Origin: Armatimonadota bacterium
GTDB lineage: Bacteria; Armatimonadota; SYMT01
Direction: 5' to 3'
Length of the DNA stretch: 50,099 nt
Assembly (NCBI GenBank): GCA_041690135.1
Contig: JAWLHY010000022.1
Span: 1-50,099, forward strand
A model generated the notes under the pieces. That model did no database searches, was not told the origin of the DNA, and saw only the letters and a list, made by a program, of their open reading frames with translations. Positions 36,353 to 44,082 of the stretch are shown piece after piece (position 1 is the first letter of the stretch; every line of letters starts with the position of its first letter). The position numbers were made by a program, and so were the translations under genes.

Positions 36353-37246
36353 TCAGGTTTCCTCCCTTCTCCGGAACAGGCGCGCCCGCCGGTCGACGAT
36401 CTCGAATTGAGGAAGGACCCTGGCGCAAGGCCATTCGGCTTCCCCGAGACAGAGATAGCCACCGGGAACCAGGCTCGCGCAGAGCAAGTACTGTACCTTT
36501 TCAACAGTTTCCTGGTCAAGGTAGATCAGTACATTTCGACAACAGATGAGGTCGAACGGCTCGGGGCTGGGTGGTGCGGCGGCGGCGACGAGGTCGTGGC
36601 AGGAAAACTCAACGCGACTCCGGATGGAGTCACGCACTTCGTAAGCCAGGGACTTGCGGGCTACGTGCGGTATGAAATGCGCTGACACCCGGTCTGGAGT
36701 CACCTCCACGAGCGCCGAGGGAGCATAGATGGCACGGCGGGCCGACTCGAGCGCCCGCCGATCGATATCGGTCGCGCAGATCCGCGACGCAGGGTGCACT
36801 CTCTCGGGGGAGAGCTCTTCCAGCAAAATAGCCAGGCTGTACGGTTCCTCGCCGCGGCCACAACCGGCACTCCAAACATTCAGCGGCCGCTCGGGACGCC
36901 GCATCCCTCGTTCGGGGAGGACATGGTTGCCCAGCAGGTCGAAGACTGCCGCATTCCGGAAGAACCGGCTCACCTTGATGGTCACATAGTCGATCAGCCG
37001 GTCGACTTCGGTGACATCCTTGCGAAGGAGCTCCAGATATTCGCCGGCATCGGGCAACCGGCAGAGGCGCATGCGCCCTTCGACCCGGCGTCGCACAATC
37101 CCGCGCCGGTAACGCCGGAAGTCGAGGCCCCGGAGTTCATACAGGAGTCCCAGGATCTGGACCAATGTATCTTCCGGGAACTCCCCCGAAGGAAGGGCGC
37201 TGTGGGGTGCCTGTGTTCCGGTTTCGGACGAGGGTGTAAGCAGCAC
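36353..37246 (-). CDS. cheR: CheR-type protein-glutamate O-methyltransferase
   Basis: GLDFRRYR, VSRFFRN, VWSAGCGRGEEPYSLA, ATDID, FDLICCRNVLIY, LCLGEAE. Start uncertain (GTG 37246 or 37327). Confidence 0.92.
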   Translation of the reverse strand: MLLTPSSETGTQAPHSALPSGEFPEDTLVQILGLLYELRGLDFRRYRRGIVRRRVEGRMRLCRLPDAGEYLELLRKDVTEVDRLIDYVTIKVSRFFRNAAVFDLLGNHVLPERGMRRPERPLNVWSAGCGRGEEPYSLAILLEELSPERVHPASRICATDIDRRALESARRAIYAPSALVEVTPDRVSAHFIPHVARKSLAYEVRDSIRSRVEFSCHDLVAAAAPPSPEPFDLICCRNVLIYLDQETVEKVQYLLCASLVPGGYLCLGEAEWPCARVLPQFEIVDRRARLFRRREET

Positions 37247-37451
37247 GCGGTGTATTGCGGACGGGATGAAGACGCGACAGATCAGTAGCGAGAAAGAGAT
37301 CCGCGCACCCGAGAATAGCGGAAGCACACCTCACGGCGCAAGCCACCCACACGGGTTTTGGCGAATGCGGGACCGCCAGGATATACCCGGATCCCATTCG
37401 GTACACACCCCGGACCCGGGTTTTTCTGGGAGGGTGCGGCATTGAGACGCG

Positions 37452-38984
37452 TCAATCAGCGTGGGGTGGGAAAGCTGCCGGCAGGACAAACCGGTAGCCC
37501 ACTCCGAGTTCCGTTAGCAACAACCGGGGCCGAGAAGGTTCCGTCTCGATCTTCTTGCGCAGGTTGGCCACGTGAACCCGCAGCGATTGGATGTCCGCCT
37601 CGTAGGCAACACCCCTAAGATGCTGCAGGATCAACTCGTGCGTCAGAACACGGCCGGCGTTCCGAGCCAGGAGCAAGAGCAACTCGTACTCGGTGGGGGT
37701 GAGCCGGAGTGGGAGCCCGCGAAGAGAAACTTCGCGCTTCCGCGGATCAATCCGCAGTTCGCCCGCAAGGATCGGTTCGTGAGGCAGCGGCAAACCTCCC
37801 CACCGGCGCAGATGCGCGCGCACCCGCGCTAGGAGTTCATCCCGTCCAAACGGCTGCACCAGGTAGTCATCGGCCCCGTGGTCTAGGGCCGCCACGAGAT
37901 CCCTTTCCAGGGCACGGGAGCCCACAACAAGCAGGGGACAACCGGAACGGCTCCGGATGCCGCGGCAAACCTGGAGTTCGCTCTGCCCCTTCACTTCGGG
38001 AGCGCCTTCGGCCTCGAGAAAGAAGAGCACCAGGTCCGGAGGGGTGCGATCCACCAGGCGTAGAGCATCCCCGCCCGAACTCGCAAAGGAGACCACGTAG
38101 CCTTCCCCGGTGAGCTCCTTCTGCAGGCTTCTCCGCATCCGGCGCTCATTTGCGACCACCAGCAGGATGGGATTGCCTTCCCGCGTGGCGGCCACGGGAA
38201 TGTCGCCCCCCTCGATCTGGGGAAGCAGTTCCGTCGAACTCCGGCGAGCCACCCGTTCCACGGCCATCCCCAGTGCGCCAAGCACCTCCCCGGACGGACC
38301 TACAAAAGGGCTCAGGTGTATCTGGAACTGTATTCCCCGCCATGCCTGCTCGTAGCTCACACTCTGGCCCTCCAGGGCCTCCCGGTGCGCGCGGACCGAG
38401 GGCATACCCTCCTCCACGGTCTCAAACAACTCGTAGAGAGGCTTCCCGATGACCTGATCGACGTGTACTCCCAGCGCGGCAAGCCCAGCGCCCATTGTTG
38501 AGGTAATTCGCAACTGGGCATCCGTGGTCCAGAAGATGGCCGGCAGGCGCTCGGTGACGGCGAGGAGATGGTCCGCTAGTTGACGCCGCGTTTCCTCCGA
38601 GTTCCGCAACCGCAGGAGTGCATTCACATGGGCCAACAGTTCCCGGGGGTCGCCGCTGTCCACGACGTAACCGTCGGCCCCTTCTTCCAGACCCCGGACG
38701 CGATGCTCCGTTCGCCGGAAATGAGCGGAGCGTTGCAGGACGAGAATGGACCGGGTCAGGGGATTCTCCTTCAGGCGGCGGCATACTTCATAGCCGTCCA
38801 CACCCGGCAGATGAACGTCCAGAAGGATCAGGTCGGGGCACTCCCCGGCGCGGCGGAGTGCCTCCTCGCCGGAAGCAGCCTCCCATACGGTATAACCCGC
38901 ATGGGTGAGCGTTCGCGTCAATGCGTAACGAGCGCTGTCGTCGTCATCGACATTGAGAATCGTGGCGGCGGGTCCGGATGACAT
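37452..38984 (-). CDS. REC-PAS-pseudoREC-winged-helix response regulator (KdpE-like C-terminus)
   Basis: NVDDDD...LLDVHLPG; PAS; degenerate REC; LTPTEYELL...LRVHVANLRKKIE..PSRPR..TELGVGYRF. Confidence 0.88.
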   Translation of the reverse strand: MSSGPAATILNVDDDDSARYALTRTLTHAGYTVWEAASGEEALRRAGECPDLILLDVHLPGVDGYEVCRRLKENPLTRSILVLQRSAHFRRTEHRVRGLEEGADGYVVDSGDPRELLAHVNALLRLRNSEETRRQLADHLLAVTERLPAIFWTTDAQLRITSTMGAGLAALGVHVDQVIGKPLYELFETVEEGMPSVRAHREALEGQSVSYEQAWRGIQFQIHLSPFVGPSGEVLGALGMAVERVARRSSTELLPQIEGGDIPVAATREGNPILLVVANERRMRRSLQKELTGEGYVVSFASSGGDALRLVDRTPPDLVLFFLEAEGAPEVKGQSELQVCRGIRSRSGCPLLVVGSRALERDLVAALDHGADDYLVQPFGRDELLARVRAHLRRWGGLPLPHEPILAGELRIDPRKREVSLRGLPLRLTPTEYELLLLLARNAGRVLTHELILQHLRGVAYEADIQSLRVHVANLRKKIETEPSRPRLLLTELGVGYRFVLPAAFPPHAD

Positions 38985-39023
38985 GTCTTGCTGCGGAGAG
39001 GTGAACAAGTATCTCTGGCAAAG

Positions 39024-39088
39024 GTAGGAGACAGGCCCTCGTCAGGTACATCATAAGTAGAGTACCCGCGAGGCGCCTGTCAACCTAC
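39024..39088. other. long imperfect hairpin between the lipoprotein stop and the regulator start
   Basis: gtagg-agacaggc-cctcg...gtac / gtac...cgagg-cgcctgtc-aa-cctac. Confidence 0.55.
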
Positions 39089-39096
39089 ACCGATAC

Positions 39097-41796
39097 CTAT
39101 TGTTCCCGCTTCCACTCGGTCGTGTCGCTGAACTGCACAGATTCTACGGTAAGTGCGACATCTCGGGTTGCCTTGGGCATGAAGAAAGCCAGAATCTCAA
39201 ACTCCGCGGACTGGCCTTTGGGGACCAGGACCGGCAACTCGCGCCGACCGACGGGGCGTTCCGCATCCTGGACGTGGGGTTTGACCTCGAGAGACTTGCC
39301 GGCCGCGTCGCGATAGTCGGCCTTCAGGTCGATCCGCCGGATCGGTTTGTCGGAATGGTTCACGGCCCGTACCAGCAGCTTGGGGAAATCGGCGCTTCCG
39401 ACGATCTTCAGAAACTGCAGGGTCACGGGGCCGCGGTTTGCCGGGAACCGCGCCGGAACGATCCGCGCCGGCATCCGCTCCGCATCCAACGCGATCCCCC
39501 CGAGCGGCAGGCGGAAGCTGAGGTCGGTGGTCGCCAGGGTGACCCGTGCCAGTACAGCTACCGGGTTGCCGCGCACCGTGATGCTCTGCCCACCCTGGCT
39601 GCCGAAACTGAAGCTCCCGGCGCCGTAGCTTTCCAGGGCCTTGCCCCGGGCATCGAGCGCAATCAGTTCGGCCTTGCCGGGAAGCCCGCGCGTCTCAAAG
39701 TTCAGAGTCTTATCCTGGGCGCCCTCGACCTTCTTGAATGAGATTTGTCCGTTGCCGACCTTCTGGGTCGCGCCGGGAACCAGCCGGTTGAACTTGACGG
39801 TGGCAACCCGCGCGGGCACCGTGAGCACTGCGGTGACGTCCAGCGTGCGGACCCCACTCACGCCCCGGAGCAGGTTCTTGAGCGGGATCTCCAACTCTTG
39901 CTCGAAGACCCGCTCGCTCCGGGCGAAGCTGGGACGTTCCCAGGTAGCGTCAAAAAGGTCCTGACCCTGGGGACCCCGCACGGCGGTGGGCTTGAATGCG
40001 GCGGAATGGGACTCCAGTGACTTCACCGCGGCAGGAGACATGCCGAACCCCAAGACGCGGACCTTGACGGTTCCCACCCCAGATTCCGGATACTGCTCCA
40101 CTCCTTCGACCTGAGCGTAGAACGGCCCCACGGTCGTAGCGGGCCAGGGACGCGGGCCGGAGCGGAAGCCGACCGCCTCGTCGTTGAAGATCGGATAGAG
40201 GCCCACCTTCGCGGCCGCCTGCATGATGCCTTCAAGGCGGGAGCGACCCTTCAACTCCACGGAGATGGGGCGGGCGAGGGCTGCCTGCACCTCTTCACCA
40301 GGCCGATATTGAAGTTTCAACCCGGTGGCCAGCGAGCGAAGCACCTCCCCCGCCGGACGGTTCTTTACACTCAGGTTAGTGCGCCAGCCGGTGGTGAGTG
40401 CGGTCAGTATTTCCGGCACCGCCGGAGCGCCCGCCGGCGTCGCTCTGGCTGCCGGGGTCGGCCTCTTCGTGGGAGACGGCTTCTTGACCGTCTTCGCTAC
40501 GGGCTTCTTCCCCCCCTTCGCCGTCGCTTTTCCGGGCGCAGCGAGTGGCGCAACCTTTTGCAGCATCGCCTGTCCGTCCTTCAACAGGTAGACGGTGCGT
40601 TTACCCGAGGGAAGCTCGTACAGGCGCAGTTCATAACGGTTGAGGGCGGGTTCCGTGTGCACCAGGGCCAGCCGCTTTTCATCCGGAGAGTAAGAAAGGT
40701 GGGGAAAAGCGCCGATCTCCGGTTGCCGGCCCGCCTGGTCGGGAAAGGGCTTGGCGGCCTTGGGCAGGTGGTCCAACACCTGCGGCTTCTTAAAGGGCCA
40801 CGGCCGGTAAATGACCGTGGCCTCGTCATTCCCGCCGAGGTAGGCCATCGACCGCAGGCTGGGAGCGACACTGCCGAGAAAGCTGGGGAAGTCGCCCATC
40901 AACTGCGGCTCCCCTCCGGTAGCGGAGATGACGTGGGGCTGCGTGGCAAAGAGTGCCGAGAGGTCGTTCTTCTTGGACGAGATCGCCGTGACGACGAGGC
41001 GGGCGCTATCGGTCGCCCACTGCAGGCCACCAAAGGGGAAGATCTTCGGCTCCCGAGCCGCCTCCCAAACGCGCCGGGAGATCTTTCCTTCGGCATCCGC
41101 CACGTAAAGGTCCACGGGAGTACTCTTGCCGCCGGGAGTATCTTTACCCATGGCCAAGTAGGCCAGCCGTTTGCCGTCGGGAGACCAGGTAGGATGGAGT
41201 TGCGACTCTCCCCGCAGCGGAGGGAGCGTGACGGCTCCGGTGGCGACATCGACGATCTCCACGCGGCCCTCATTCTCCGCCAGCGTCCGGATGTGTATCA
41301 GTCTCCGGCCGTCCGGGCTCCAGTTCGGACCGATACCCATCTTGATGATCAGCGCCAGCCCGGCCACCGGATCTTCCTCGCCGCCTCCGGGCGCCCCCGG
41401 ACCGGCCGGCACGGGTGGCTTCAGGCCTTCTTTTGGGAGCACCCCCGCAGCCAGCTTCCGCTCCTGGTGGGTGGCCAGATCGCGGACCCATAGGTCAATC
41501 TGGTCGAGTTCCTTCCCTTTGAGGGTGAAGCCGTAATAGGCCAGGGACTTCCCGTCCGGCGAGAACGTTGGATTGACGATCTTCTTTCCGGCGGTGTCCA
41601 GCCGCGTCAACTTACCGGTCGCCACATCGAACACCTGGAGTTGCCCACCCACGTCCAGCGCGATCGAGCGCCCATCCGGCGACCAGAATGCCGCTTTGCA
41701 CCCGGCCAGAGCCACACACACCAGCAGCGACAATGCAGCCCAAAGGCCGGACCGCCACCGGCCGCTTCTTCGCACCCTTACCTGTTCCGCAACCAT
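39097..41796 (-). CDS. large lipoprotein: TolB/PD40 beta-propeller + K/P/A linker + STN-like and uncharacterised beta domains
   Basis: Lipobox LAGC, several WSPDG/FSPDG repeats; SD aagggg before ATG 41796. Confidence 0.8.
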   Translation of the reverse strand: MVAEQVRVRRSGRWRSGLWAALSLLVCVALAGCKAAFWSPDGRSIALDVGGQLQVFDVATGKLTRLDTAGKKIVNPTFSPDGKSLAYYGFTLKGKELDQIDLWVRDLATHQERKLAAGVLPKEGLKPPVPAGPGAPGGGEEDPVAGLALIIKMGIGPNWSPDGRRLIHIRTLAENEGRVEIVDVATGAVTLPPLRGESQLHPTWSPDGKRLAYLAMGKDTPGGKSTPVDLYVADAEGKISRRVWEAAREPKIFPFGGLQWATDSARLVVTAISSKKNDLSALFATQPHVISATGGEPQLMGDFPSFLGSVAPSLRSMAYLGGNDEATVIYRPWPFKKPQVLDHLPKAAKPFPDQAGRQPEIGAFPHLSYSPDEKRLALVHTEPALNRYELRLYELPSGKRTVYLLKDGQAMLQKVAPLAAPGKATAKGGKKPVAKTVKKPSPTKRPTPAARATPAGAPAVPEILTALTTGWRTNLSVKNRPAGEVLRSLATGLKLQYRPGEEVQAALARPISVELKGRSRLEGIMQAAAKVGLYPIFNDEAVGFRSGPRPWPATTVGPFYAQVEGVEQYPESGVGTVKVRVLGFGMSPAAVKSLESHSAAFKPTAVRGPQGQDLFDATWERPSFARSERVFEQELEIPLKNLLRGVSGVRTLDVTAVLTVPARVATVKFNRLVPGATQKVGNGQISFKKVEGAQDKTLNFETRGLPGKAELIALDARGKALESYGAGSFSFGSQGGQSITVRGNPVAVLARVTLATTDLSFRLPLGGIALDAERMPARIVPARFPANRGPVTLQFLKIVGSADFPKLLVRAVNHSDKPIRRIDLKADYRDAAGKSLEVKPHVQDAERPVGRRELPVLVPKGQSAEFEILAFFMPKATRDVALTVESVQFSDTTEWKREQ

Positions 41797-41869
41797 CGGT
41801 ACCCCTTCCCTGGGCGATCCGTCGCCCACTCTATCATTGGAACGGTGTGTTCCGGCTGGAGGTGCGGTT

Positions 41870-43330
41870 CTACATCCAGGCAGGACCGACGTCCTGAGGG
41901 CGGAGGGGTCGACGAAGGACTGGGCTCGAGCCCGGCTCATCGGCGCCGGCGGTGGGCCGCTCGGCGCGTGGCTGGCCATCCATGTCTTCCCGAATCGGGG
42001 AGATCCCCTCCAGGACCGCGCCGGACAAATCCCGCGGGCGGGTGGGCCGGTAGAGGTTGCTCTCCCCCTGCATCAGCCTCGGATCACGCACGACAAGCCC
42101 GGTCCGAGGCACGAGTCCCAGCCGTGCCTCGCCCTCGGTGAAGAAGTAGTTACCGGCCCAGGTTACCGGTCCGGCGAACAACTCCTGAAGCAGTAAGGCC
42201 CCTTTCGTGCGGCCCGTGACCAGGTTGTTGAGGAAGATCGCGCGGGTGGGAGGCGTATCGCGGAGGGAGGATCGGTCGGCACCGAGCACCACGGCGGGGC
42301 CGGCAGGATCCACGACCGTGTTGTGGGCCACCAGGCAGTCCAAAGTTGGCTCGTGCCCGGCGGGGACGAACTTCGCCTGGCCCGCGGGGAGGGCCAGGCT
42401 GTATTGTCCCAGCCCCGCCAGGTAGTTATTGACGACCTGGTGTCCCGTGCCGTGGACGCGAATGCCGGCGGTGCGGAGGCGGCCGTTTCCAAAGAAGAAG
42501 TTGCCTTCGATGCGACTGCGGTGCCCGTGCCGCATCACCACGCCACCATCGCAATCGATGAAGGTGTTGTACCGGTAGGTGTTGCCGCAGGACTTGCTGG
42601 AGATGATCTCGGCGTCACCACTCGCGTTGTGGAACAGGTTGTACTCCACCACCGCGCGGGCGTCCACCTGGCCGAAGTGACTGGTCCCCACCCGGATCGT
42701 CTCCATCCCATTGCGGACCGCCCGGACCACATCCTTGAAGTAGTTGTGGTCGATGCGGGTATCGAGCGGCATCTTCCCGTCGCTGCCGTCCACCACCAGC
42801 ACCACCCCGTCCTTCGTTTTCCCCTCGGTGTAGCAGTGATCGATCCGGTTACCGCGCGCCTTCCCCCCGGCCACCCGGATCCAGTGAATGCGCTTGCCGT
42901 CCTCCGGATTGGAGTGCCGCACGGCACACTGCGTGACACGGCAAAACTCCGTATCGCGCAGGAGCAAAGGATCCACGGTACAGCGCTCGAAGACCAGCCC
43001 TTCCACCGCCAGGTGCGAGCCCCGGACCTCCAGGGAGGACTTCCCGGTGAACACGACCTTCCCCGGCACCTCCGCCCGCAGCGTGATCGGCTTCCCCTCC
43101 TCCCCCTGCGCCGCGAACCGGAGCGCCTGGTCGCGGTAGGTCCCCTCGGGGAGGATCAGGATATTGCCTGGGCGCGCGGACTTCAGAGCGGTCTCCAATG
43201 CAGCGGGGGAGGACAGCCGAATCTCGTGTCCGGCCTGCCCAAGACTAGGCCCGGCGAGCGTCAGGGACAGCAGAACGAGACCCAGACGTCTGGTCAGGAT
43301 CGCCCGTTTCCTTACGCTTGCTGCACTCAT
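41870..43330 (-). CDS. polysaccharide lyase family 6 (chondroitinase B/alginate lyase-like beta-helix)
   Basis: Signal peptide, PITLRAEVPGKV, RIDHNYF, NGMETIRVGTS, EIISSKS, RHG, GIRVHG. Confidence 0.9.
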   Translation of the reverse strand: MSAASVRKRAILTRRLGLVLLSLTLAGPSLGQAGHEIRLSSPAALETALKSARPGNILILPEGTYRDQALRFAAQGEEGKPITLRAEVPGKVVFTGKSSLEVRGSHLAVEGLVFERCTVDPLLLRDTEFCRVTQCAVRHSNPEDGKRIHWIRVAGGKARGNRIDHCYTEGKTKDGVVLVVDGSDGKMPLDTRIDHNYFKDVVRAVRNGMETIRVGTSHFGQVDARAVVEYNLFHNASGDAEIISSKSCGNTYRYNTFIDCDGGVVMRHGHRSRIEGNFFFGNGRLRTAGIRVHGTGHQVVNNYLAGLGQYSLALPAGQAKFVPAGHEPTLDCLVAHNTVVDPAGPAVVLGADRSSLRDTPPTRAIFLNNLVTGRTKGALLLQELFAGPVTWAGNYFFTEGEARLGLVPRTGLVVRDPRLMQGESNLYRPTRPRDLSGAVLEGISPIREDMDGQPRAERPTAGADEPGSSPVLRRPLRPQDVGPAWM

Positions 43331-43928
43331 TTGCACGTCATTGCACTCCTGGGGTCCGTTTCTCCATTTCGTGTTGCGCTCTTCCACCCTTTCGCCCCCC
43401 CTTCCCCCCAATCCTGGAGGAATTACTTACCAGATCAGCTTCCGTACTTCCGCCCTTTAGGTCACCAACTCCACCACCGAATGCCCCACACCATACGGGG
43501 CAGTGAGGCGGGACGTAGGAGTCGGGAGTGTATGGGGGCAGTTGGGTCGGGATGTGTTGGCGAAAAGATCGGCAGTAGCGGCCGGGTCCGTGCTTTCCCA
43601 AGAGTGGGAATTCCCCTTGGAGTAGACCGTCCGGAGATCTCGCATTTTGCCACGCTAGGGGCAGTATCCGAGCATTTTCTGCCCAGGCGGCGGGAGGGTC
43701 GTGGTCGCCGCAAGGAGGCGGGCGAGATGCCCGCGCCAAAGTTCAGTTACCGGAATGCATCCCGGGTGCGGAGGTACGATCTGGGTGGGGGCAGCCCTCG
43801 AGCGTGGTATCACGCCCTTCGCGCACCGTGCAGCGTCACCGGGAGGCGGACGGGACGGCGACGTGTGGTGCACGACGGGATCCAAACCAGCGTGCCGGAT
43901 TCGGTTGGGGTTCGACGCGGCGGCGCGT

Positions 43929-43985
43929 GGTGCACTACGGGTGCGGGAGCATGATCCTGGTCGGGGACAGCGGCACCGACCCTAC
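43929..43985 (-). repeat. inverted copy of the ~57-bp GTAG-REP element
   Basis: Reverse complement gtagggtcggtgccgctgtccccgaccaggatcatgctcccgcacccgtagtgcacc matches 4799-4851 and 4873-4929. Confidence 0.7.
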
Positions 43986-44037
43986 GTGGGTCTAATACAG
44001 GTGCGGTTGTGCATTCCGAGTAGGACCCAAGGGGAAG

Positions 44038-44070
44038 CCCAGGGGGCCGCACGGATAGCGGCCCCCTGGG
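44038..44070 (-). terminator. hairpin downstream of valS
   Basis: 13-bp perfect stem cccagggggccgc/gcggccccctggg, 12 nt after the valS stop; weak U-tract. Confidence 0.6.
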
Positions 44071-44082
44071 AGATACCGTTGC

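Noticed and set aside
36328-36519. N-terminal extension of the kinase ORF to 36519
   Set aside because: Overlaps cheR; ATG 36327 directly precedes the LSIGQRL-TM start.
37452-38984. Gene symbol kdpE
   Set aside because: Only the C-terminus is KdpE-like, the receiver is degenerate and no kdp genes are present.
41797-41979. N-terminal extension of the TolB-like ORF
   Set aside because: Overlaps the PL6 gene end; ATG 41796 has an SD and precedes the lipoprotein signal.
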